The notes below the pieces were generated by a model. The model saw only the letters and a program-made list of their open reading frames with translations, was not told where the DNA came from and did no database searches. Below are positions 1 through 12,510 of a stretch of DNA of 64,000 nucleotides, one piece after another. How positions within the stretch are numbered: the stretch's first letter is position 1; each line of letters opens with the position of its first letter. The position numbers and the translations under genes were made by a program. This DNA is from Orbicella franksi (lineage: Eukaryota): the NCBI GenBank assembly GCA_964199315.1, contig OZ116701.1, positions 30,876,001 through 30,940,000 on the forward strand, written 5' to 3'.

Positions 1-1
1 G

Positions 2-289
2 CCGGCTCAACAACTCATCGAAGACGCTAGCAGACACGGTTTCACACCTAAGTTTTCGCTCCTGTTCACGTCACGGTTCGTTCACAAAGGACAAGCCTTC
101 TACTCTAGCTCGCAAACAGCCTTTAAAGAAGGATTTACCAATAGTCCCATGATTGGATTTTATTCGTACGGTGAATACTGTTTAACTGAAAGAGATGTGG
201 GGGTAACGAAAATCAATGACTTCAAGAGACTTATGAGATATAATTCAGCCATTTATTGTGTATGTTCGTATCGAAACGAACCGCCGTAA
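2..289 (+). CDS. 3' end of a FIST_C-domain protein (FBXO22-like); 5'-truncated by the window edge
   Basis: Frame 2 is open from nt 2 to TAA at 287-289; the ORF track misses it because the start lies outside the window. Translation PAQQLIEDASRHGFTPKFSLLFTSRFVHKGQAFYSSSQTAFKEGFTNSPMIGFYSYGEYCLTERDVGVTKINDFKRLMRYNSAIYCVCSYRNEPP*. The segment AFKEGFTNSPMIGFYSYGEY resembles the FIST_C motif (AF..FP..P..GF...GE) of FBXO22 and bacterial FIST proteins. Confidence 0.6.
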   Translation, partial: PAQQLIEDASRHGFTPKFSLLFTSRFVHKGQAFYSSSQTAFKEGFTNSPMIGFYSYGEYCLTERDVGVTKINDFKRLMRYNSAIYCVCSYRNEPP

Positions 290-1337
290 TACATATTTTG
301 AAATTGTAAATATCGTAAATAGGTGGAAAATCTCAACACTAGTTAGAAAGTTTAAATATAATTTTTTCTTGGTTTGTATTAACGAAAATTGAAACAACAA
401 AATCTACAAACATAACATCTGTTTAAACTGCTATATCAGTGTAAGGTTTTAAGTGCAAAGCGATCGCACTGGTAAAGTAAATTAAAGGCTACATACTTAC
501 ATTTACTTTCTTTGTTTTTTAAGTTTTTACTTTTTATCTCACTTCTACCCTTGAAATATAGTAAAAATGCCAACCGCTGCCTGAGAAAATATACGTGTTA
601 CGGTGTATACTCCTGAAATCACGTTACATTTGTGACAGGTTTTACCGCTACATCTGATTGGCTTATGCGGTGATTGAAAATAGAAACTAATTCTTATTGG
701 TTGACGCCACTTTCCCGCGTTTTCTCCACTTGGCTCTACGGTTAAACCACACGAACTGAACTACCGTAAATTCACGTAAGAGACCGTCATTGGAATAGAA
801 GATTGATCTAACGAAATATTAGGTTACTGGTAGCGTATTTACACTTATTTTTTGTACAAAAATTAAACTGAAACTTGCAAATCACGTCCAGCTTCAAGAA
901 AGCATAGACCTTTACGGTACAAATACCTTCACAGTAAAAATGGAACGATTATGTTGCTACTGAGGATAAACATGGATAAATATTTTCTCAATTGACCAGA
1001 ACATAAGTTAGTTATTACAACGGTGTATGATCCACCCACTATTACAAAACAGTATTCCACAACAGAGTCCATCAAGTGGGGCAAGTTTGACAAGTTCAGG
1101 CGAGTAGCTCGATATGGAGTCATTGATTCCCAGTGACACCCCGTAGAGGAAGCCATTTTGGAAGAGTACGAATCGCGTTCAAGTTGAAATAATCCTTTGA
1201 CACAAAAATTACCTAACGCTGAAATTTTCAGAAATATCGATACTTCTAACCAAGAGCATCGAATGTGTATTGAATACAAAACGGCAATTATTGAATTATT
1301 TAAATTCTGCTAGAGATTACAACTGAAAGCTAACAAG

Positions 1338-4300
1338 TTAAGCGCACCACGTGATGTCTTGTAGACACATGGCTTGAAACCACTGAAACATTAATTGATT
1401 AGAAGAACTAAGACTCAATTGAGGACTGTCTTTCTTCGCTTCTCCTGTTTGAGTCTGTAAACAACAAATAGTGACAAACATTAACATTCCTCACCGGCTA
1501 TGTCATGGAAACTCAACTTATGGGTGGACCTTCTGACTTTTGAGGTGGGGGAGGTGATTTCCTTGGTACACGAAAGGTTTCAAAAAGAAATTCACGACTA
1601 TGCCAAATCACCGACCCTCCACTCCCCCCCTAAAAGGTCAAATGGTCCACCCTTTAATTGCTCTACTAATACAAAGATATAAATAGAAATATTTACCATG
1701 GCAGGAGGGTACACTCTGCGGAAGTTTCCTCTGTGAATGTGCTCTAAATACGCGGCTTTAATAAATTCACGTTCATTCTCTCTAAGACAAGGATAACACA
1801 GACGGCAGATCTAAGAAAACAAAAACACAATGTGTAACACCTCTATAAGCAATTCATTGTATGTATGTCTGATTTTCAGCGACAAAACTTAAATAATTCG
1901 TGAAACGAGAAGAGGCTGAAGACAACCGACTGATCTAAGAACGAACGACGACAACAAATAATCAGACAACCTTGAAACACACCTCTTTGATACAGGCCTT
2001 GGTGCATTCCTTACTTGAACAGGTTTCGTACAACACTTGGATGTCTTGATCGCTTACTAGCATTTCTTTTTCAGATGGCGAACTTAAAAGCAAACAAACA
2101 AATCACTTCAGAAATTCTATAATGAGAATCTTAGCAGATCCTCTTTACCCTTTGTCAAGCGAGAAGCGAAAAAGGACCAAGAACAAGAAAATGCCGGGCT
2201 GCGCGACAGACGAACTAGCGTAGGCTTGTAGCCCATTACCAGCTTTCATACTCACAGAATCGATTGCAGATGATCTGTCTTACCTGTACTTCAAGCTATG
2301 ATCCAGTTTAGTTGCTACTCCTACTAAACCAAGAAGGTTAAATACAACCTAAGGAAGGAAAACATCGACAAATCAAGAAAAGCATTTCTGCACAAGTTGA
2401 TTCAAGAGGTAATACTGTCAGTAACCTGTTGTCGCCAGAGGCACCTTGGGAATGCTTCTGTCACGATATGAAGGACTTAGGATAGCGGTCAAAACATCAG
2501 CCTTTTTATGCTTTTCATCAACTTTGGGTCAGTAACATACTGAGAATAGTTACTGACCTTTCGTAAGTCACTAGAGACATTATTATTGATGTGTTTACGT
2601 TTAGAGATTTCTACTGATCTTTTATACGTCACTAGGGATATTTGCTGACCTTTTTAGTTTCATAAATTACCAGAGGTATTTACTGACTTTTCGTAAGTCA
2701 TTAGAGATATTCATTGATATTTTTACTGACCTGTTCGTACATCAGTTTATTATCTGAATGCGCTGCTGACGACAGATTAGGAGACATATTCACCTACAGA
2801 GAACGTCATGTGACATTAACAATTTTTACATATATGAACTGCACAAAACGACCGCATTTACGTATGCTTCCTTTCAATCAGACACTCATACATGTATAGT
2901 TGGTTGGTTGCTACATCAGTTAGTTGGTAATGTGTTATTGGTTTCCTAAGTTCAATAGCACTGAAAGAGCAGTAATCAGCAAAAGAGAAATTTTCATGAG
3001 TCTTGATTAGATGTTTATCGGTTTAACAACTCCTTGCATATGAACGAGTTCTTCCCGCTGACCGTCCATTGAAATAGGTTATGTTCACTCTAATTATTAT
3101 TATTTTTTTTCAATTACCTTCCTGTACATATATTCTCTGCCATCGGCGTCAGTAGCTTAGTTTCCTTGCTTTTCAACTTGTGCTAGCCAATCAAAGCGAG
3201 AAGTTGTTTAGTCAGGCTACTACTGGCTCGACTCAGCGCACTTTTCCCGCGCTTTCCACCGAGTTAACGCTTCTGCTTTCAAGTTCGAAGACACGAGTTC
3301 CTACTGCCATTGTGATTGGCTCTTAGTTATAGTTGAACAGCTGTAAAAAATATTTTGTCTTACAACTACTAGCGACTGCCTACAAGATGATGAATAAAAT
3401 CAGTTACCTCCATGAGCCAGACTTTCAAGTCCGAGTCCAATATGAAATCAAAACGCACCATCTCAAAGAAGTTTCTGAACATAGGGAAGAAGTGACAGCA
3501 CCGATGAGAAAACGCGATTGACAAAGATAACAAGCTGTGTTTAAGTCATGAAAAGCCACTATCCTTTAATGGCCTATTCTGACTATCAGGTATATATTGA
3601 GCATTTGCAGAATTAAGGTGAAGAGGATGCTCACTAACGGAGACATATTGAAGGAATGCTGAATTACAGAAACACATAATTCTACTGCATTAATTGAGAA
3701 TAAAAGGAAGCGTTACCTGGTGGATTTGTAGCTTGAGGATGCACTAATAAGGTCTGGTTCCTTTCTTAAATAAACCTGGAAAATAACAAAAATAAAAATG
3801 TATGGATTTACATTCTTAGCAATAACTCATTGACACAATAACATTTTTTTTTTTTAAAAAAGAACAATTTCAATTTCCAACAGTTGATGCTCAGTATTTG
3901 TCCAACTGATTGTATACTGTGTCATGTCTGTTTCTAAAAGTTACTATAAATGAATTTCAATCAAATTTAAAAACCTATTAAGTAAACATTTGTTTACTAG
4001 GTTTTCTGCCATTTGAGCTCTGTAATTGGTTAATTAAATTAGTGGAACATCTTCTGACCAATCAGGTGTATTTTCAGATACAAAACCGAACCACTTGTGA
4101 CAATCCCTACGCTTGCCTTCATGGTTTTTGGTGCATAGGGTCATAGTGCTGTTCAATTAAACTTTAAAGTAATTAGAAGTACTGCTAGATTAGCAAGACT
4201 TTAAAACAAGCAAGTTAGAAATAGAGGCTTTACCTCAGCAATGGCCCTGTAAACATCATTCCACATCTTATCTACATCTTTACCTATGAAGAACAAAGAT

Positions 4301-7300
4301 ATTCCTCAGAGGTGGGACTTCAAAGATGCTCTAGTAATAAATTAATCATCTCCTGAGGTACATGCACACATTTCCCAATCACAGAACAGGGAGGGGGAGG
4401 GACTGATAGAGCACCACAGGAGTGTAGCCAGGATTTTTCAATTGGGGGGGGGGGGGGGGGCACACTGTGTCAAAGTGAGGGTACTCACCAGATGTACTCA
4501 TCGCCTGTTGTAATTTCTTTGCTTAAAAAAGGCTTACAAAGGCAGGGGTCATGGGCACCCCAGGACCCCACCCTAGCTACTCCCTTGCACCACTCTTTTG
4601 CTTGGGCTGCTCTTAATTTAGAGCTTCGGAGTACACAATAAATGTTAGGACGGCCGGGCCCCCTAATGTTTCATTGCATTGCCCTGATTTTTTAACCCTA
4701 CCACTTTAAATTGGTCTCTGTCCCCCGAGGTGACACTTGAACTTGACAAAAACTATAACACTGACATGATTACAAAGATCCATGTGTACCTTGCTGTTGC
4801 AGATAGGCGTTAAGCAGCATCTTGCGGCTGAACTTTCCATTATGCCATAATTCCCTCAGAGATGGCAACTGAAGAATTGAGTAACAAAAAATGTCCCCAA
4901 AAAGAACAACAACTCACATTGCAATTCAACAGGGGCTGGGAAGGGGCTTCAATTCATATTTATAGTTAAATTTGAAAGAATAAACATAAATCCTTACAGT
5001 ATGCTACATTCAGTGCATTGTATTTCCCAATATCCCATTCAATAAAGAGAGATGAGCCTTAGAAAAGCTTGTAAAAATAAATCAGTTTACAGAGGTTATA
5101 TGAGACCTGATAAATGCATTCCCGAATCATAATCTCTAGAGAGTCTCTATCATTCCACATATTGCAGACTGAGATATTTCATAATACAGTTCAGGGAAGT
5201 CAGGTATTCCATAAAGTCATTTCTACAATGTACACAATCAACCCAATTTTTCAAACCAAAGTGACATGGGAAGGGTTAGACCATTACAGTGAAAATACAA
5301 GTACATTAGGAAGGAGGAGAAAGAAGGAATTAAGAATTCCTGTCAGGTGTATGACAAGTATTAATTTAACACTGTACCTCCCATGGCTGGGTGTATGAAT
5401 CTTCCACGACGTACTTCTGTTCATCATTTGGGTCAAAAGGGTAATAGTCCTTCTGACAATATCTGAGGATTTAGTAAAAAGACTATGTATACTTTCATCT
5501 GGTCATGGAAATGGAATGTTGCCTTATAATATAAATTTGGATGTTCACCATGGCAAGCATCTCATTATGTCAGGTCTGGAGGTTCATGATCTGCTGCAGC
5601 ACATGTTTAAGTCACAGTGCCTGTCTTTAAGCAGGTCATTTTTAAACATCAAATTTAGTGGGAATGAGCAAAAAACTCATAAGATGTGTGACACTGTTGA
5701 TAAATTAGATATAAGGTTCAAAAGGCTCTTAAAAGAGTCAAATATTCGCTGGTAATCTAAATTTTTAAACATGTACTGTTTTTTTGTACTGTAAGCGCAT
5801 TGCACAAAGTTATGTAGATACCAACTTAAGGAAATGGTGCAATTAAAGGGTCAATTAGAAAACTGAATTGACAAGTCATTTGCAGCACTAAATGGGTCAG
5901 TCATAGATGAATGGCCTCCCATCAATTAAAATTGTTTAATTGTCAACAAGAGTTTGCTTGACTGTGTATTCATACACCTTGGTCACTATTTAAGATTCAA
6001 TCATGAGACATGCATTCATTACTGTATTCAATTTTATTAAATAAAATTACCTGATGAGAACTTCCTGGTCATAAACATAAACTCTGAGAGGATCAATGGA
6101 TGTAAGGACTGTGTAAATGCCAATGTCAAACTTTCGTTCATCAACAAGAAATGGGTTAGCAATGTACTCCTGGACAAAATTCTGATCAGACCCCTTGCTG
6201 AGATCAATATCTGTGAAACAAAATACATGTAGTCAAAAGAAAGAAAAACCATCCTTGTTGGCAATCAAATTCTATTAATTAATACAGGGTTGATAGCATG
6301 ATGGATATGAAAAGGACATGACTGCACCAAGGGTTAACTGACACCCACAAATGAAAGGACACAGATGAAGCACACAAATATGAGCGAACAAGGTATAAAA
6401 AAATATTGTTGACTGCCTCATTTGTGTGCAGTTATTAATATCTTCCTCTTCCTTCTAATTAAAGCAATCACGGTGACTTCACCAAGAATTAACTACAAAT
6501 CTGGCTTTTTGGCCAGTGTTCTTGGGTTGTACAATTGGCTACTGTAGATGTAATTCTGACAGAAATCAGAGTTATTGTTGATGAGTAATGGTATTTGTAC
6601 TGATACTCGCAGCATTATAAATAAAGTTCACACATGAATGCTACATGTATACACTTAGTCAAGTGTACTGAGTTACACCTAACCTTTTGTCAAGAAAACC
6701 AATTTTAATTTCTGACTTTTTTCACTTGCTGTACTTTAATGTCAAGGTACATAATTAGCACACTGTACGTAAGAAGTGTGCGAAGCAAAAAAGAATCAGG
6801 GGAAAGACATAATTGCTAACTTGGACAATGTTAGACTGTTCCGGCTGAACTGGAACAAACTTTTAAAACATGATGATCAGGAAGTTAATAAATATTGCCA
6901 CATACCTTTTGGCAATTTGATGTGTATTCCTCTATGATTATTACTCTTTTCCACCCACAGTTTTTGAGGGTGATTTTTCACCTGTAAATGATCAAGATAA
7001 TGTCGCAAGAAATCTAACTGGAAACACACTAAACAAATGGAACTTCAAGAATGCAATCAATGGAATTCACACATAAAATGTAAATTTGACATTCATATCA
7101 GTTGACTTACTTCTTCTAAAAACTTCTGAGTGTCCTTTGGAATCACAAATGCTGGAGGAATAAATTGAAAATGGTTCACAGCCAGGCTAACTTTGTTTGT
7201 TATATATCCAGAGCCTGGAAAATGGTTAATCTAAATGGACAAGTAAACAAAAGACATGTTACAGTCAAGCAGTACACAAACACTAAGAACAGTTCTGAGT

Positions 7301-10300
7301 ACATATATAAATTTGCATACTGTTACATATATATGTTGAAAATAGAAAAAAACTACACTACACGTAAATAATATTCTTATGAATGTATAAACTTACTACA
7401 GTTTAAAAAAGCAATAGCTGTCATTGCAGTTATCAGCGGCTTGACACACAAACGAGGCAAAAGGGACAATTCTGCATTGTATTGACCCTTTCGCCTTGTT
7501 TCCATGCCTTTTAAAACAAATATTTGACCGCAGACTCAACTGCAGTAACAGCTATTCTGATTGACCACCATCAGGCCAGGATTGCTAAGCCCAAATCCAC
7601 AATTTCAGGAAATATTTATTAAGCCAAAAGTCAAGAAAACATTCTCCCTTTGTAAGATAACAAGGGCTTCACATACATACATGTAGACTCATTGCCTAAA
7701 TCAACAAATAGCAATGCTCAACAAACAAGTAATGATGAGAAAACTAAACAAAATTGAAGAATTTCTAGCACATTCCAGGCAAATGTTGTAATGGAGCGGG
7801 GAGGGATGAGGAGGGTACATGTAGGTTTAGGAGGGTAGGAGTGAGGAGGGTAGGTGAGGTGGGTAAGGGTGAGGACGGTAAAGGTGGGGAGGGTAGGTGA
7901 AAAGGGTAGTAGGTGAGAAAGGGGGTATGTGAAGAGTGTGGGGGTGAGAAGGGTAGGCGAGGGGAGAAAAGGTGGGGAGGGTAGGGGTGACGAGGGTAGG
8001 TGAGAAGGTTAGGTCCATTCTAACCTTTTGATGAGGTTCTAAAGTTTGCAGCATTTCTTTCAGATCTCCACCAAACGGGTAATCATGGGCCCACATCACA
8101 TCAAACAAGCGACTCCGTGCCTCTGTCCTGGTGTAACCAATACGACTAAACACTGCCATCACATGCTTCAAATAGCCAGATCTTAGCTGTCAGTGAGTTA
8201 AAAATAATATGAAAGTTAACTTTAGAAACTATTGCTAACACCTGATGGTGTACTTGAACAAAGTCTACAAATTATTTGTAATAAATGCTCCATTTATGAG
8301 CTTACAAACCATACCAAAAAACATGTTTGGTCAAAACATGCTATCTGGGCCCAAGTGATTGTCAGACACACTGAAGGTTATTATCATGTAGGCTATACAT
8401 AAGCCTACAATTTAACTAAGTTCTAATTGGAGAAAATTTAGTGGTGAACTATAATGATTTACAGTGTCCTTGCTCAAAAGTGGTCTTGAATAAAAAACAA
8501 ACTACCGGTATTGTCTATAGATGTAACTGCAGTTTTATCAGTACCACATGAAATTATTTGTTCTCTTACATTCTTGGCATTCATCCAAACAATGGGTCTA
8601 CTTGAGCTACCAAACTCTGGGTCACCCACAGACAGCCCAACATTCAAACTCCGCAGCTGATAGATATTGACTAAGATCAATAATACACCGAAGCACAGGC
8701 ATCCAATCATGAGCTGCATCATCCGGCGTGACACTTGGAGCCCAAGGTGAGGATGGGGGTAATACTTGGAATTATCTGATGCATGCTGAAAACAAAATTA
8801 AAACAATTTGTCAAAGTGGAGATCAGTGTAAGAATTTAAAAAATTACCCCACAAGTGTCCTTTGTTTGGGGGTGCATAATACACTGTAACTGTGAACAGC
8901 CGAAAAATTATAACAGTCTGGGTTCAAAGGGTGGATAACATTATCCACTATTGTAGATTACTACCAAGGTGGATAATAAAGTGGATAGTATTATCTACCA
9001 TTTCAACAACTGGGTTCTGAGTATCAAACTCGGAATCCCTGCATTTTAGTAAGTACCGTAAATCCTTGAATTAGCCCCCCCTCGAATGAGCGCCCCCTTC
9101 GAATAAGCGTCCCTCCTATTGGCCAAAATTTAAAATAAGCCCCCCCCCCCCTCAAATAAGCACCCCCCTCACCTTCCCCCATTTTGTGGACAAGTAATGA
9201 GACAACAAAGGACGTATAGTTTTCATCGTGTAGTATTAGATTTGTGCATTGTTTCAGTTTGTGAACACGTTACGTTTGGAAAAAAAAATTACAAGTACTA
9301 ATGGTGTCATGATCATGATTTAAAGTTTAAGATCAGCTTTTTAGGTCGATAAACAGCTTATGTTGTTGTTTACGCGCAGATGATGTATTAAAAAAAATGA
9401 TCATGTCTGGCCACGATTTAGGAAAAATTAAATAAGCACCCCCCATCTTCTCCTAAATTTGAAATAAGCGCCCCAGGCGCTAATTCGTGGATTTACGATA
9501 TACACATGAATCTTCTTGGACCTGTTATTTCCAGGATCAAAGTTACTTTAACATCTGTCTGAATAAATATATTGGATTAAGACATTTAAGTATTACAGGA
9601 GTTAGGAGAAAGCAGAGGAATTGTAAGCATGGCCAATCAGTCTTGTAATTAAATGTGCCCTAAATAACAACTGAACAAGTTAACAAGTATGGATGAGACC
9701 AGGAAGCTGCATAATTTTACATGTACATTAGTTTAAAACTGATGCAGTTTGATATAAGTTACAATAACAAATGGATTTTATGGTCAGGATTTATATGCTA
9801 CTGAGCAGTTCTTCATATGATGTTGCAAATGTTTCATTAAATCAAACTCAAAGTTTGCTTATTATGTTTCAGCAATTTTAATAAAGAACTTCTGGAAGAA
9901 TACCACGAAAAACAAAGGGATAAGCTGACTGATTATCATTTTCTCAGAACTGACAGGATCGAAATGTACAGCAGCAGTAATTTCTAACTTTTCATTTCAT
10001 GCCTCAGACTGAAATGGTCAATTCAGGGCAATCACGTTATATTATATAACAGTGTATAGAAGACAAAGTTATTCTAAGCTATTGTCCATGTAAAACTTTA
10101 ATTTTTCTGCATAAAAATTAAAAGATATCCATTAGTTTGTCTCTAAAGTAATGATTTCCCCTGAAACAATTGAATTTTAGGGTTGTTTGAAATTTATTGC
10201 TAAGAACATATTCCAAGTGAGAGCTAATATGTCAGCCATCTGTAAAAAGTTATCTTAAGTAAAAAAGCTTGTTTTAAATCTTTTGTGTTAATGAGAGCTG

Positions 10301-11011
10301 CAATTTGAAGCTGACTAATTATACTTTTTAAGCGAGGCAGCTGTTGGATGCATTAATTTACAGCGCCATATCACTTGTGTTTTGGAGAGTGAAGTTTGAA
10401 AGCTGTAGTCGAGATGGAAACTGTTATTCTGAAATTGCAAAATAGATACTAGAAAAATCTCTTAAAAAACCAATCTCTTAAAATTCTTCTGAGAGTGAGA
10501 AATTTGTCAATGAAAATAAGCTGTAGATGGCCGCGATCAATTGTTTTGACCAATGGAGAATAATTTAAACAAAACATAAAACTGAAGCGTCCTTGCTACT
10601 CAGTGAGCTTCTAATAAGTTTATCTGCTATTTTAATAAACTTACATTAAGCTTGTAATCTTATTTCAAACATGCAGCAAGGTCAAAGGACCAGAATGGAA
10701 TGACGAACGATCGAATCTCGCTAATTCAACTACAGAGCATTACGAACTACGCATCCAGTACATTATTTTTTTCACAAATCGACTCTGACAGATCACAAGT
10801 GGGAGCGAAGTGGAGTAAATCGTTCCATTGAGCCATTCGTGTCGGCCGTTACAAGTAATCATTGGCGAGCATGCATGCTTTGGTTGCGGTGGGCTGAGTA
10901 AGCCCCCCCAAAAATAAATAATACTGATAAATAAATAGACAAAACACAGGCTGGACTATCTGAACGCACCTTGTATTCTGGATAATGATTTGAAGATTTC
11001 CACGGCCACAT
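1338..11011 (-). CDS. TTLL15: Tubulin-tyrosine-ligase-like (ATP-grasp) protein, TTLL15 type, ~524 aa, 16 exons: complement(join(1338..1454,1697..1810,1983..2082,2284..2348,2731..2793,3408..3474,3717..3775,4234..4283,4790..4868,5378..5462,6051..6210,6906..6981,7111..7230,8025..8186,8570..8785,10970..11011))
   Basis: All introns are GT-AG with matching phases, and 1575 nt join into one open frame. TTL motifs: DVMWAHDYPF, HQKINHFPGSGYITNK, WVEKSNNHRGI, FVQEYIANPFLVDERKFDIGIY, EMVRFDFILD, WLMEVNMSPNL (ExN), RGNFRRVYPP; C-terminus WF..MC..D..WC. The first exon (MWPWKSSNHYPEYK) is the least certain. Confidence 0.9.
1518..1656. mobile_element. Short non-autonomous DNA transposon (MITE) in the last TTLL15 intron
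   Basis: Imperfect terminal inverted repeats (TIRs) ttatgggtggaccttctgacttttgagg / taaaaggtcaaatggtccacccttta. The gacttttgaggggg-type terminus recurs at 24434 and 26159. Confidence 0.55.
2545..2731. repeat. Degenerate minisatellite beside TTLL15 exon 2731..2793
   Basis: Recurrent units tactgacc/t-tttcgtaagtca..tagaga; about five copies of the tactgac-like core. Confidence 0.55.
4418..4586. mobile_element. MITE with poly-G tract and 7-bp flanking duplication
   Basis: Termini aggagtgtagccagg ... ccctagctactccctt are imperfect TIRs; gcaccac is directly repeated at 4411-4417 and 4587-4593. Confidence 0.55.
7797..8012 (+). repeat. G-rich low-complexity tract (gggtaggtga-like units)
   Basis: About 215 nt almost entirely of G, A and T with many GGG runs; it produces the spurious Pro-rich tail of ORF 7827..8171. 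Confidence 0.8.
9054..9500. mobile_element. Tc1/mariner-pogo-type MITE, copy 1 (TTLL15 intron 1)
   Basis: TIRs taccgtaaatccttgaattagc / gctaattcgtggatttacgata with TA termini and internal aataagc(a/g)ccccc subrepeats. A clearly similar copy lies at 55673..56149. Confidence 0.8.
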
Positions 11012-11546
11012 CTTCCAAGGAGAATGGAAAAACAGCTGTGTACTTCGCGCGCTGATAGCTGTGAAGTTCTTTGCACGACTTCGAACCGGCTGCGAACGAA
11101 TCCCGAAATACAATAGCGTGACGCAATTGAATATTGGCTTCTGCCACTATTGGTAAAGAATGCGCTGTTTTCTTCGCTTTCCGCTTCAAGAGTTACTGTT
11201 GTTGGTGCCGCTTTACCTTCCAAAAATCGCAGTTGCCGGGCACTAGCTGATACTGATAGATGAGTAAGACTGGTATCTGGAAGGATAAGATCGCTGTTTA
11301 ATCAGATCGCAGGCGCCTAGAATTATAGCGACTCGTCCCCAGAGCGCCTCCACTCTAAGTGGCTTTCTTGGGCTAAGATTTCTTTGTCAGAAGAAATCTT
11401 AAATTCAATGCTTATTCCCTTTGATGAAAATTCCACTGGTTCACATACTCAAGCTATTTTGTTCGTTCTACTTGATCAGTTTCCATGGTCTTCCTCCTTC
11501 ACATCGCGATTCACAGATAATCATCTCAACGCATTTGCGTCGTTTT

Positions 11547-12510
11547 AGAGATCGTTCGTTTTTCTATTTTATGGGGTAGGGGAGGGGGGGGGGGGGGTGG
11601 CTGGTGGGATTTGATAAATGGTCCCTGTTACACATAATGACCCCACTCTTCATCATAACTTTTTAACCTCCCCCCCCTCCTTCCTCCACTCGAACCCCTA
11701 AATTTTTGGGATGATCCCCCGGGAAAATTAAAAAGTGAAATTGTTGCAGTCTGAAAACAATACAAGAACAAATTATACCAGTTTCAAGCCAGTTAAGCAG
11801 TTTTTGATACTGTACCAGTTTTTTAGTCATAAAAATAGACAAAGACCACCTAGATCAGAGCTGATTGTCTTGACTGTTTTATGAAAGGGAGTTGTATGGT
11901 CGTTAGTGAAGGTGAGTTGAGTGTATTTACAGGGCATGCTCTCAAAATTGTATTTTCAAGAACTTCAGGAACGTTCACTTTTGAGCAGAACTTTAGGTCT
12001 CGTAGTGGGGTCCGGGGGCGTGCTTCCCTGGAAAATCTTGACTTTTCAGGGGCCCAGGAACACTATTTTAGGTATTCTGGCAGAACTTTTGCACTATTAC
12101 AGATACTGTCTTACAATACATATATTCAAGTGAAAATAGACAAAAGCATGACAAAAAGCTGACGTTCACGGCTCTGTTTTATCAAAGGGAGGTTGTTTGT
12201 GAAGGTTGAGCTATATTTAGCAACCAAATGCTTAGTGGGGGCTTAGTTCTTGCTGTAGGGTACCTAACAAAGTAGGGGGACCCAGGGGCATTTTTAAATT
12301 TTCAGAAACTCAGGAATGCTATTTTAGGAATTCTGGCAGAACCTTTTTGCACTACGGAAGCCGTCAATAAGGTAATATTTTGAATAGCCCTCCCTTTAAA
12401 CACCATAATTTTCAGCCGGCCCCCCTTTAGAGCCAATTTTTGGCATAGCCCCTCCCCTGAATCCCACCAGTCCCCCTCCCCCGCTATATTATAAAGAATG
12501 AACGGTTCCT
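11547..12510. mobile_element. Non-autonomous TIR element (~960 bp) upstream of TTLL15
   Basis: Left end agagatcgttcg...ggggggtggctggtgggatt and right end aatcccaccagtccccctccccc...gaatgaacggttcct are inverted. An internal block (tattttagg.attctggcagaac) occurs twice. Confidence 0.55.

Noticed and set aside
929-1279. 116-aa minus-strand ORF
   Set aside because: It lies just past the TTLL15 stop (1338), in the likely 3'UTR or intergenic gap. No recognisable motif and no splice connection to the gene.
10849-11223. Three overlapping minus-strand ORFs at the TTLL15 5' end
   Set aside because: Only 10970..11011 joins exon 2 in phase; the rest is probably 5'UTR or intron.
11881-12162. 93-aa and 70-aa ORFs
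   Set aside because: Inside a non-autonomous TIR element, with no transposase motifs.
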